64,000 bases of DNA from Picochlorum sp. SENEW3. Its lineage: Eukaryota. The notes beneath the pieces were generated by a model. It worked only from the letters and a program-made list of their open reading frames with translations, ran no database searches and was not told the DNA's origin. The stretch lies in the NCBI GenBank assembly GCA_034226945.1, contig CP120459.1, positions 248,001 to 312,000 on the forward strand, read 5' to 3'. Position numbers and translations under genes: made by a program. Each line of letters starts with the position of its first letter. Within the stretch, counting starts at the first letter, position 1. Below, piece after piece: positions 22,158 to 34,197 of this stretch.

Positions 22158-25100
22158 TTAATTTGCCATTCGAATGGTCGCCTGGCTCTTTTGAAGCAAA
22201 GATGGGTTCAATTTGGTCAGTCTTTGTCCATACGGTTTCTGAAGAGCCAAGGCACTGGCTGACCTCTTTTCTACCTCCTTTTGTACGATCTTTGCCCATC
22301 TGGCAATGTCTTTGGGGTCAACAGTGATGACACCAGCTGAGCCAGATTCTTTTGCCCCGATTCTTAATCTACGTAATACAGCGGCCACACCAAGTCCAGT
22401 TGCTTCTTTGTTTCGTTCTCTGAGAGGTTGCTGCTGGGAGGGATTTTCATTCTCTGGGAAGAGGAGTCGAAGCTCTGGCGGCAGTTGGGGTGAATCTGCT
22501 ACAATCTTCTCATACCTTTCAGCCAACTCCTGGCGGAAGCGTGCCTCTTCATTCATTTCACATGAAGGAAGGAAAACTTTCTTTCTATCAAAGGGTGGCA
22601 CGATGAACTTGACAACATTCTTTAGATACCGTCGACCATCCACCACTTGCCTCTGAGACGCCTGAAGGAGCAACAGGGCGTACACTTCGGCTACTGCTGG
22701 GGGATATTCTCGCAAATCATATACTTCTGTGCTGTCGACTGTAAATGGTGGAAGGTTACCTCCAACGATGGCGTCTTCCATGAATGAGAGAGCCTGGACA
22801 TGATATACACTCTCCAGGCCAATCTTTCTCTGCACTTCTGGCCCGTCGGAAATCGATTGAGGAGACAGCCCAGCGTGCAATTGGAGTGTCTGGGCAGCCA
22901 AATCCGTATTTGTTCCAAAGCCACGGGCAACATACAGAGGAACTTTCAGACACATCATTGCAGCATTGAGGAGGGTCAACGAGGGCTTGACACCTGCACT
23001 GAGTGCATCTCTATAAATCTGGCAGGCATGTGACTGCCAGGGAGTATCGGTGGTACCGTCCCTGGGTAAAAAGTCTTTTCCGGGTGGAACTAGGACTGAA
23101 AGCAGTTCAGATTTCTCTTGTGTTGGACAGATGCCTGATGATGTGTATATCTTCTTTGTACCATCTGATGCTGCCGCATCCCAACTTTTTCGAAGCTCAG
23201 AATAGCAAATCTTCAAGAGAAGTAGGGCATGAACTTCGTCAACACGAATATTTCTCATTCTCATAATCCTATAGACGTCAAGAGCAAGCCCACTTTCATT
23301 GCTGTGCTGGCATGCATTCAGGACAGCGGTAAATGTGAACGCATCTGGTTGTAATCCAAACGAGATCATATCTCGCACAAGGGAAATCACATTGCCGAAT
23401 CGCATGGCCTTTGCTTCGCAGTTGATCAAGGCATTGAAAGCATGCTTATGGGGCTTTGCACCCGTCTCAATCACTCTTTGATAGATCTTCTCTGCTTCCT
23501 CGAAGCTATTGTTCTGAACAAATACAGTGATAAGAGCACTTTCTGTTCCTGTACATGGCTCCAGACCATCACGCAGCATCTCTTCATGGAGATCGAGTGT
23601 CAAGTCAAGGTTACCAGCCCGGCCAGCAGCCATCATCAGGGCCCCATACAGGGCAGAATCTGGATACACGCCATTTCGCTGCATGTCTGCAAAAATGTCC
23701 ATCGCTCCTTCGACATCAGATCCTCCTCTGGATTTGACACAGGCGTTCACTGCTGCGGAATAGATGACGAGTTCATCAGCATGACCTTCCATCATGGCCC
23801 TCTTGTACACGCGGAGAGCCAAATCCTGATCTCCTGTCTTTGCGCATGCGTCGATCAAAGCGACATATGTCCTTGAGTTTGGCTTTTCTGATTGACTAAT
23901 CATCTGATCCAAGACATCGAACGCCCTCTGAAGTTTCCCAGCTCGACCCGCCACACTGATGAGTGCATTCCATACTGCTGCATCTGGTCTGATTCCGATG
24001 CTCCCCATCGATTCCACCAACTCGAATGCTCTTTCAAGGAGAACCAACTGATCTCTCCTGTCTGCCTCATGGCTCAATGATGCAATTTGAGCTCCACAGG
24101 CAGATACCATGGTCGCAAAAACATGCTTTTCAATCTTGACGCCTGATGATTTCATTTCCTTGAAAATCTCGAATGCTAAATCTGCATTGGAAGCTGCTGC
24201 ACATACTTTAATAAGGTTTGTGTACAGAATAGTATCCAACTTCAACCCAGCAGCCTTGAGCATATCTGCTGACCGAAGGGCTGCCCTAACATCCCCAGCC
24301 TCTGCACACACAGATACGAGCATATTATATGTGCGCGCATCCACATGCTTTCTGGGAAATAACTGGACAAATCTCATTCCATGGTGTACAGATTTCTTTC
24401 TTGCTGCACAGCGAAGAAATTCATAATGCTTGAACATCTGAAGTGCATCATCCCTTCCAGCTCGAATGCTTTGTTTTATGACAAACAAGGCGTCATCAAG
24501 CCTCTCTTCATAACACAAGGCAGAGTATACATCCTGTAGCATTTTTGCAGATGCATTCAGGAAGTCTATTCTATTCAAATCAACCGACATGGGTTCTGCA
24601 TTCTGCCTCCTACGAGGCTTGTGCCTGTGCTGTTTTGTCTTTTTGCCAGCATTGGAAAATTTGCCCTGGTTGTCATTTCTTTTGATGGTTGTAAACGTGC
24701 GAATATCATCCATATTTGTCTTGGCGGCACGAGATACCACATGCATTCTGCAGAAGAAGATGATGTGTTATTTTGGTGAAAACAGGCAGCCAGTCGAAAT
24801 AGATCGTGTCGCTCCCATCAACGTCAATCCTGGGCAGTGTCGAGGAACAAAATACCCGCGAGAGGGCACAACTCCTTTCGCTCGGTATTGGGGACGATTC
24901 ACATTCCTTACGAATGCAACATACCTTGAATCGTTCTGGCTCTGATACCCATGTCCTGGAAGCTTCTCAGATGAGGGAACGCCGCATGATAAAACGCTGC
25001 GAACCAGCTCTACGCTCGGAAGCGCTTGCAGCGCCTGGCCCTGACCCACACGTCTCCGTATGAAGGCATTTGACCCATTAATATTTGCATTCAGTACATT

Positions 25101-25202
25101 AACTTGTCCTAAAGAGAGCAGATTACCCCCTGATTGTGATGATATAGTTCGTACTCCCCCAGGTCTACCACGAAGGCTGTTGTAGTTATTGTGCCAGACC
25201 AT
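22158..25202 (-). CDS. MRL1: PPR protein MRL1 (rbcL mRNA stabilisation); intron 24748-24924
   Basis: Tandem PPR repeats (TYNMLVSVCAEAGD, ILYTNLIKVCA, VWNALISVAGRAG) plus the MRL1-type C-domain (PPAVAEVYALLLL, GVAAVLRRL). Confidence 0.85.
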
Positions 25203-25593
25203 CCCAGAGAGACCCTCAGACACAACAGAAGGTTTTCAATTTATTTTCAAGAAAAATGCACTTGTTTTAATCAGTCTAAGATCATCCGTAGTGAGCAAGT
25301 CAGGCTTTCCAGTGATTCCAAGTGAACCGGCTCGACACAGTGCCTTTGCGCTAGAGTCGATCTGATTGACAGATACCCAGACTTTTACCCAACTGTAACT
25401 AACAATATTGAAATTGCTGCACTGTCGAAGGTGTCCAAGCATCTGAATGGAGCCTGCACATGGAGGGAAATTCCATAATTGGGACATTTACAAAGCATGC
25501 TTTGTGCTGTATAGTAATGCTGCTGCTGTTGATGCACGACATCTACTACTACTTGTCTGTTTCTATATTACACCTTGATGAGAGATTGTGTTC

Positions 25594-28500
25594 TTAGGAA
25601 GACTTTGAAAACACTTTTGAAGCAGCAATATGTCCCTCCTGTCGGACAATGCTTCTCAGATACATCATGTCTGGTTTTGGAGGGACTGGATCTGAAAACG
25701 TAATCATAGACCTATGAATATGACAGACGGACAATTCTCGTTGGGAAATGTTCGACAATGCTGCTACGAGGAATTCGGGTGCTACTGATGGATTGCCGTT
25801 CACACATGTACACGTGAAACGAATCACACAAGAGCCTGCCCTTTTTGGCAAGGATGTGCAGACTGCGTGAGATTTTGCATCCTCTGCGAGCTCCAAGGTA
25901 CGTACACCCGATCGAACATCAGTTTCAACATCCTTCTTCTTCTTTTTGTGCCTTCTCTTGATCGTCATGGTGTCTTTCGAAAGAAAAGCTGGGATAGAAG
26001 ACTGCAATGCAGTTTTGCACGTGGTCTGGTCTCCATCTTCATCCTTGACAAAAACATAGTACTCGACAGAGTCCAGCAGTTGGCTCATTTTATCTCCAAT
26101 TCCCCCGTTAAGTTTCCTGGCTTCCATTTCTTTGACGCTTGAAATGTCAATACCCATGGGAAGTTGTTGCTTGAGCTTCTCCATGACAGACTCGGGATGC
26201 TCTTTTCTTGTCAACCATATTTCCAAGACTTCGTTCTCTGCCGTGGCCCCAAGCGGCAAAGGTAATGCTGTGTATATTCTCTGCCGTACTGCGTATGGCG
26301 ATTCGTCCTGCGAAATTGGAAGTGCAGCTCGTCTACATGCTCTATCCCATGTTTTCATCATATCCAAGTGGCCAACAAAAAGTGCATCTCCCTTTTTCGA
26401 AAACCTGAAATGAAGTCGCTGCACTCTGGAGGAATCAGGTTTCACTTTTCCTGTGAATTCGGGTACCTCTGGAGGCTCAAATACAATATTATCTCCAAAG
26501 TCGTCACCACAGACTCCGCATTCTGAGCATAGTCCACTATGGGAACAGTCGGGCACGGTTGCCGCCTCCAGAGCTTTTTGTAGGTCTGTCTTCAGCCACC
26601 ATTTCGAAATTCCTGTATCAATATGGTCCCATGGCAGGGGTGCATCAAGCCTGGCATCTGCCATGGCTCCTCTATCCACCCTCCCTTTGCCTCCCCCACC
26701 TTGGCCTCTGTACCTACCGTCCCCAAGATTCTCCATGATATCCCATTCTCCATTATCGACTTGTCTATACTTCCATTCCATACCGACATCTTTAATCGCT
26801 TGGCTCCAAATAGCATAGTTGGAATCCTCGCTCAACCACCACCCGTCATTTGTAGCTCCCAACTCCCATGCTCTCTTTATCACAGCACTGATTCTTCTAT
26901 CACCTCTCGAAATGAAATCTTCCATAGCACTTATCCGCACTGGCGTAAAATTTGCTTTCACCTGATGAAGAGATTTGAAAGCTGTGCGAAGCATTGTCTG
27001 TTTCCTCAAGAACTCTGACGTGCTCACACTATGCCACTGAAAGGGTGTATGAGGCTTTGGAGAGAAATTTGAAATCGTAACATTCACCGCCAGATGCCAT
27101 TTACCAGAACGACACTCTTGTTGCAGCCATTTGATCGTCTCATAAATTCCCATCACATCATCATCAGTTTCCCCTGGCAATCCAATCATAAAATAGAGTT
27201 TTACTTGCCTCCATCCCTTATCCCAAGCAGTTTTCACGCCCCGTAAAAGTTCCTCATTTGTCAATCCTTTATTAATGACATCTCTCATCCGTTGGGTTCC
27301 CGCCTCTGGTGCGAACGTGAGTCCACTCCTTTTCCCTGAATTGCTAATGATGTTTGCAATGTCATCATCGAAACGATCAACCCTCTGACTGGGAAGGGAA
27401 AGCGAAACATTTTCGTTCTGCAAGCGATTTTTGATCTGAATACCAACGGAAGGCAGACTCAGATAGTCAGAGCATGAAAGTGAGAGAAGTGAGAACTCAT
27501 TGTACCCAGTAGCTCTCATGCCATGTTCCACAGCATCCACCACCCTATCAGGGTCAACATCCCTTGCTGGTCTAGTCAACATTCCAGGTTGACAGAATCG
27601 ACAGCCACGCGTACATCCCCTTCGAATCTCTACGGTGAGTCGGTTATGCACTGTATCCACAAAGGGAACAAGGCCAATTTGCTGGAATGGATCCGGAGCA
27701 CACACTCTTCGTTGCACCCGAGATGGCACTCCCTCTTTAATAGGATAGACAGAACCCCCAAACCCTGGAGGAGCATCATAAAATTGTGGCACATACACCC
27801 CTTTCACCTCGGTCGCAAGTCTGAATAGAGTATCCTCCCTGTCCAACTTGTCCCTCTTGCACATTTTGAGACATGTCCCAATATCAACTAGCAACTCTTC
27901 TCCATCTCCAAGCGCAACGAAATCAAAAAATTCAGCAAACGGCTCTGGATTCGATGTTGCAGTCGGACCCCCCGCAAAAATTAGAGGGGGCGACCCATTA
28001 TTTTCTGGATCAAATGGCACGCCCTTTGGTTCTTGTCGCTCCTTCCATGAGATTGGTATTCCAGAAAGATGCAACATTTCCAGAATATTGGTACCTCCCA
28101 ACTCATACGATAAAGAGAACCCTAGGACGTCGAAGTCGTTCAAGGGGCGCCTCGATTCCACCCCAAACAACTTTTTGTCATGCTTGGCCAACAGTGCTGT
28201 CATATCAGCTGCAGGAAAATAACTGCGATCGCAAAGAAGACCCTCCTCCTGATTCAAAAGGCCGTATAATATAATGTGACCCAAGTTGGAAGCCCCAACT
28301 TCGTATATTTCAGGGTACGTCAGCGCAAATCTGACCTGTGCCTGGTCCCATGGCTTGTGAATAGACCCAAATTCATTTCCAAGGTATCTTGCAGGTTTAT
28401 CCAATTTGACCCACTCCTCCCTAGAAATGCCGTAGATATCTTCATCAGATACCCTCAGCTTCTCCTCCTCGATGCGTTCTCGCTCCTCTGGAGTGATATC

Positions 28501-28754
28501 GTCAGCTATAGCACACGCTAACCCCCGTGGCCTCTGCCGTGACCTGTGTGGTTGTAGAGTAGGGCGTACCCTCGACGTTACCCCATCGTCCCTCCACTGG
28601 TACCTACAGATACATTTTAAATCAAGGTACATCTGGAACTGTCAGACTCCAACAATAGTGTTCAAAGAACGTAGGACTTTGCCCAGAACCCAGCACTACC
28701 ACAGATATCCGAAAGCACGCACCCTATTGATCTCGCATGCAGACAAATCTTCAT
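25594..28754 (-). CDS. B12-binding radical SAM protein (TIGR03960) fused to a radical SAM-linked domain (TIGR03936/DUF2344), organelle-targeted; intron 28604-28722
   Basis: KPARYLGNE, YPEIYEVGASNLG, RGCTRGCRFCQ (CxxxCxxC), LTFAPEAGTQRMR, KPHTPFQW, CSECGVC, then FSKKG...GHLDMMKTWDRACRRA...LPLG. Confidence 0.9.
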
Positions 28755-28991
28755 TATCTATGATTTCATTAAAAAATGATCCATTATCAGGCTCTGTGCG
28801 GCCATTTGTAGCAAACAAATCCAGGCCTGCAAATCTCCCAGTCATCATTTCATGGCTGCAAAAGCAATGCAACTTTGATCCGAAACCGTATTTCTCACAA
28901 TGTGCTATCATGCATGTCATAAAATTGAATAAATAGTACGATGATACCCTACTCGTGCTGATATACGCAGAATCGATGAGACTCTAACCAT

Positions 28992-30152
28992 ATGCTTGTT
29001 CTTGCCCTGTCCTTTGTCACCACGTGTGTGTCTCTGCTAGAGACTTTACGATTACGGAAACGATATCAAAGATCACAGGTATGTACATGAATATGTTGGT
29101 AGAGTGCCCATGTCGTCTCATTGTGATTGCTCGTCTGATGGGCGGATGTGTATTCCTGCAGGCAGAGAATGCCTTTCTGAGCAATGAGAGAAACAGCGAA
29201 AGGCAGGGAAGAATCAGAGCAGAGGTACTTTGGATATCTGCATATCAATGATAACAAATGCATCTTGATATCATTTCATCTTGTGCAGAAAAAGTTGAGG
29301 GAGGGTATTCAGGCCAAAGACAATCAGGTGGTAACATATCCCCTCAAGCCAATAGGATACATCAAGTCATGCTTTTCCCAAAGAAATGGGACTCCTAGAC
29401 AACCGCTTTTGGTGAAAAATGCACGCAGTACATTGACTCTGAGGGCTGAATTAACAGAGGATTTTTTGTGTGGATTAGAGGATTTCTCACATTGTTGGAT
29501 TCTTTACATGTTTCATCAGAATACAGACTTTCAAAAGGTATGGGGTGCAACATATGAAGGCGTAAGGGGTAAAATTAGGGTTCCAAGATTAAATGGAGCA
29601 AAGCGGGGAGTGTTTGCGACGAGGTCTCCTCACAGGCCGTGTCCTATTGGACTCTCAGTTGCCAAGGTGGTATCAGTTGAAGGTGATACAGTCACATTTG
29701 CCGGAGCAGATATAGTGGACGGGAGTCCTGTTCTAGATATAAAGCCATACGTGCCATTTTGTGATTCTGTGAAGGACGCGACAGCTCCCTCGTGGGTAGA
29801 TGCAGCAATTGACAATGACCCGTTGCAGGCCCTGCATGTGGAATTGAGTCCAATGGTCAGGGAGCAGTTGCACTCAAGTTGGCAAGCAAGCACGTCGACA
29901 TTATTCTCAGACTTTGATGCCTTTGTTAACTTTGTGATGGAGGCCTTGTCACGGGATATACGCAGTGTCGCTCAGAGAATCAAGGTTCCTGGGAGGGAGA
30001 GCCAAGGCCTTGAACAGACAACATTGACACCCACATCACCATGCAGCGAGGGAAAGTGGCATGTCATCTTGGATACCATAGACATATCCTACGACATAGA
30101 CGCTGATACAAATAAAATCATTATTCACTCATCCAAATCAATTACAAATTAA
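28992..30152 (+). CDS. TRMO: tRNA m6t6A37 methyltransferase TrmO (TsaA/YaeB family); introns 29079-29161 and 29225-29288
   Basis: IGYIKSCFSQRNGTPRQP, GVFATRSPHRPCPIGLS and DIVDGSPVLDIKPY. Confidence 0.92.
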
Positions 30153-31432
30153 AGAGTATTTAACAAGGGATAATCGTATGCCAAATCTTCCTGTGAAAAG
30201 TAATCACCTTCTTCTTCTGGAGTCCAAAGCACTTCAACCGCGTACACATCCTCTGCGGGAATAGACCCAAGGGTCGACAATGCATCCCGCAATTGATTTC
30301 TAGAATTCACTTTAGGGAGGCGGACCCGGCCCTCCGCTGCCACAAGAATTGTCACAACAATCAATTCGCCGACACCACCCCTGCCATTCCTTCCTCCTAG
30401 AGAGGACTCCTGTCTCATGCCACCCACATTCACACGCGTCTCTTTCTGAAATTTACCTCTCTCTTCTAATGAAAGCTTATTAAATCGGGATTCTGCTTCC
30501 TCCGGACTATCCTCTATGCCAGACTTGGCAAACCCATACACACAATAATCTGGGTTTCTCATCAATGCTAACACAGTCTCTTGTAGTACATAATGCAATC
30601 CTTTTGGACTGTTGGTATCCGCTCTCGATGCTATTCTTTCTAAATCACGCTGTAATTCCCGCGCATTACTCAACAATCCCACCTGAACTTTGGCCACTGA
30701 TAGTTTTGACCCGCTAGCCAAGTATCCATCCTCATCCCCATCACCCCTACTCCCTCGAATCACTTGGATCAGTATCGCCGCGAATACCCCCCAAAATAAA
30801 AGTGACATCATTCCACCGCCCATTGGATATCCATATCCGAAACCAAAACCAAATGGGGAAAAGAAGAATGCATTTGTCTGAACACCTCCCCCTACTTTCC
30901 GCATACCACGAGGTCCTCCTCGCATGGATTGCATACTACTACGGAAACCATCGCTTCTACTCATCGCATATGACGATGAAAACGAGGACCGCATCCCTCC
31001 CATTCGCCCACCACTACGGGCAGCTTCAGCCTTGTTTGGCTCTGCCAACATGAACAGCCAGAGGCCAGCAGAAAATGCCAATATCCCAATCCCTTTACTA
31101 ATCTGAGACATCAACATTCCCCACAAATCATCTTCTCTCGCTCTTTTTGGTGTTATTCTCGCCAATGCCTCCGAAGGAAATGCTCGCTGCTTCTTTGGCC
31201 GCACTCTTACTGTCTCTCGCTGTTCCTCCACATACCGGTCACAACCGCTGCTCGTACTTCTATTACCGCTATTCCTAGAAACTGAACAAATAGGAGCACA
31301 TATACCACGATTCGAAGGCTTGATACATAATGTGCTCTGGAAAAACCGAGGGCGACGAATTGTTGGACATGCCAGCACTTCAGCACATTGTCCTATCGAC
31401 GCACATGTCTGCATTCTATGAGCAGAATGCAT
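30149..31432 (-). CDS. FLAP1: DUF1517 plastid membrane protein (FLAP1-like)
   Basis: AEAARSGGRMGG, KVQVGLL, LQETVLALMRNP, FNKLSLEERGKF and AVEVLWTP...DYPLL. Confidence 0.85.
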   Translation of the reverse strand: MHSAHRMQTCASIGQCAEVLACPTIRRPRFFQSTLCIKPSNRGICAPICSVSRNSGNRSTSSGCDRYVEEQRETVRVRPKKQRAFPSEALARITPKRAREDDLWGMLMSQISKGIGILAFSAGLWLFMLAEPNKAEAARSGGRMGGMRSSFSSSYAMSRSDGFRSSMQSMRGGPRGMRKVGGGVQTNAFFFSPFGFGFGYGYPMGGGMMSLLFWGVFAAILIQVIRGSRGDGDEDGYLASGSKLSVAKVQVGLLSNARELQRDLERIASRADTNSPKGLHYVLQETVLALMRNPDYCVYGFAKSGIEDSPEEAESRFNKLSLEERGKFQKETRVNVGGMRQESSLGGRNGRGGVGELIVVTILVAAEGRVRLPKVNSRNQLRDALSTLGSIPAEDVYAVEVLWTPEEEGDYFSQEDLAYDYPLLNTL

Positions 31433-31802
31433 TGAGAATTCTCAACACTATACAATATAACGTTCTGCTTATGAAATGAAATCTGCGGCATGCAGCAGGT
31501 CTATGGAATAAGATATCCAGAGCCATCTTACATGATTTGGTGGCGCCAGATCTCTAGAGCAGATCTCCCGGGAGATCTCCATGGCTCTGGGGAGAAGATT
31601 GCCTTTGACTGTTGGAGCACAAGTGTCCAATTTCAAACATGCCTGATTGGCATCCTTTGATTGTGCTCATATACTTCTTGAGCATATCTACCCTCATTAT
31701 TCCAGTATTTCGAAAAGAATCGACCTTTAGCGTATGAAATGGTGCCATCGCTCCCCTTTCCCCTCTGCTAGGAGAGACGCGTTCGCACTTGTAGGAGGCA
31801 AT

Positions 31803-32721
31803 ATGGGTGTTCTGTCACTCGTATCTGCGTTCATGGCAATTATATGCATGATTCAAGGTGTATATGGGAGAGATGAATTTGGAATATTCGTGGAATTCGA
31901 GAATGCGTGTGATACGAGTGTACGAATTTGGCTCAACAGCGACCAGGCAGCTGGGGATGTTGGTCCTGGGTCAGTAGCGGCGTTTCCAATATGCATAGAC
32001 CCTGACTGTACGAGTATGTGGGGGCTTCCAAAGGCATTTTCGTATCAGTATGGGGTTCAGACTGTTGAGGATGAGCCTTGTACCCTGGAAGGGGTGCGTC
32101 AGAGATTGCTCCTGTTGTCTTTTAATGGTGTTGTAGTATGAGCATTGTTTTGTGGTCACGCAGGGCAAGGGTGAGATGACAGTGAGTGCCACCTCACCTG
32201 TGCGGGTGTATGGATATCATAGAATATCATGCGATGGATGTACGGGTAGAGCCACGGACATGAATGTCCCAAAGCAGGCTCCAGAGGAGGACGAAGAGGA
32301 GCAGCAGCAGCAGTCTCCTGCTGTACTGCTGCCAGCACCAGGAGTACAGGACAAGCCTTCTCCTCCTCCTCCTCCTCTTGGTCCTCAATCGTCTTCTGTA
32401 CCTCCAATGGATGCTATAGCGGAACAGGTCGAGGATGAGGATAGAAAAATCACCCTGACGCCACCCCCACCAGCACAGAATGATGAGGAAGCCAGTAGTT
32501 CTGGATCAGGAAGAGGGGAGGACGACGGAGAGAAAGAAGAAGAGTCGGTGTATATTCCAGAGGGAGGAGATCTTTTTGTACGTGAACAATACGTGTGTGT
32601 TGATGTGTTGTTGGATACATACTCAAGATGTAGCATGTCTTGGGTGCAGGCGTTTGGAAGTTCATCTCATAGAAATGTGTATGCAAGTATTGCTGTGTTT
32701 CTTGCCATCATCAGCCTTTGA
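31803..32721 (+). CDS. Orphan secreted Cys/Pro/acidic protein with hydrophobic C-terminus; intron 32094-32163
   Basis: Signal peptide MGVLSLVSAFMAIICMIQGVYG, Cys-containing N-domain, Pro/Glu-rich linker, C-terminal VYASIAVFLAIISL. The two ORFs join in frame through a GT-AG intron. Confidence 0.65.
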
Positions 32722-33026
32722 TCGAGATATATATATCTGCTGAGAAAGCACGTATTCGTCCGAATGAACGCATCTGCCATCACCAACAGAGTGTGAAAGT
32801 ACCCTCGAGCAGTATAGGATTCGTATCTCAAGGAAATGGTTGGTGGTGGATTGGTGCCAGAAAATCCAATCTGGATACACACTTGGGGTGAAGCACTTTG
32901 CCCGTTCAAAAACTTGCTTCGACCGAAGGCATTCAGTTCCCGATTTTTTTGCACGGAGGATTGAATCCACTGCCCCATGGGCATTCACAAAGGATTAGGA
33001 ATACGAATTTGAAATATACATCGAGT

Positions 33027-34178
33027 ATGGTGCACATTATTCAGTGCAGAGTTCAGCGCATTGGCTGCACTGGTGGGATTCAGGTTGGGCAGCGAAGGTG
33101 TCATTCTCTGGTCGCTCCAGCAAGGTTGACGCGGGTGAATCCAAGCACGAGGAGGCCTGTGATTGTTCTTGCATCTGCCCAAGATACTATAGATGCAACA
33201 GTAGATGGAGCAGTGTCTGCCCTGCAGGAAACTGCAGGGTTGTTGAAGCAGGCTTTGGAAGTGACAGATAAGGGAGCAAAGGCTGTGGGAGATGTCGCTT
33301 CCAAGGTGGCTCCTGTTGTGGAAAAGACAACAAAGTCTGTATCTCCCATTATCAATGATGCGATCGAGTCGTATGGGAAACCGCTGGCATCGTCCTTGTC
33401 TTCAAAACTTTCTGAGACAGGTCCACAGGTTGGAAAACTTGTGCAGGATGCAGGAGTGAGCCCAGACATTGTGCAGGGTGCATCAAAGGCGGTCAGTGCG
33501 ACCAAGCCATTTGTAACGTCTGCAGTTGATTTCGTGATGACGACTCCACCCCTGACGTTGGCAGAGTATGCTGCTGGTGTGGGTGTCGGGGTTCTTGCGC
33601 TTCCTGGGATGTTTTCATTGTTGGGTGCTGTGTTGAGAGGATTTGCCGGCTTTGTGACTCCTGCAGGAGTATTAGATAAATTAAGTACTAGCCAGAAGGC
33701 TGTTCTGATTGATATTCGATCAGAGCGTGAGAAAGAATCTGCAGGCATTCCAGACATGAGGGAGAAGAGCAAATACATTCAAATTGAGTTTGCGAGCGTG
33801 GATGACGGTCGAGTGCGACGAGAACTTAAAAATATTGCCGACTTGGAGGCGACCATGACGGCCCTGCAGGTGGCAGCATTGAAAAAGATTTCAAAATCCA
33901 GTGAAGTGTATCTCATGGATAAGAATGGATCATCAAGCAAAGCTGTGGCGCGAAAACTGGCATCAAAGGGTTTCAAAAATGTATACGTTGTGAACGGGGG
34001 TTATAGTGCATGGCAACGAGAAAGGCTTCCCAGCCGAATGGCCACGTCGGTTTCAAATGTTGAGGTTATTGTGCCAGGCCAAGTCTTATTTGGCAGCACA
34101 AAGAAGAAATCTGATGCAAGCAAACAAATCGCTCCAACCCCTGCTAGAAAGGCATTGCCTAGTGGTTCCAGAAATTGA
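33027..34178 (+). CDS. CAS: Thylakoid calcium-sensing receptor CAS (rhodanese-like domain)
   Basis: Transit peptide, TM segment, LIDIRSEREKESAGIP and KAVARKLASKGFKNVYVVNGG. Confidence 0.85.
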   Translation: MVHIIQCRVQRIGCTGGIQVGQRRCHSLVAPARLTRVNPSTRRPVIVLASAQDTIDATVDGAVSALQETAGLLKQALEVTDKGAKAVGDVASKVAPVVEKTTKSVSPIINDAIESYGKPLASSLSSKLSETGPQVGKLVQDAGVSPDIVQGASKAVSATKPFVTSAVDFVMTTPPLTLAEYAAGVGVGVLALPGMFSLLGAVLRGFAGFVTPAGVLDKLSTSQKAVLIDIRSEREKESAGIPDMREKSKYIQIEFASVDDGRVRRELKNIADLEATMTALQVAALKKISKSSEVYLMDKNGSSSKAVARKLASKGFKNVYVVNGGYSAWQRERLPSRMATSVSNVEVIVPGQVLFGSTKKKSDASKQIAPTPARKALPSGSRN

Positions 34179-34197
34179 TTAATTTTATTGTAATAGA

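Noticed and set aside
25490..25505. 16-bp perfect palindrome ACAAAGCATGCTTTGT
   Set aside because: Single occurrence beside a poly(A) signal with no other support; a palindrome this long can arise by chance in 64 kb.
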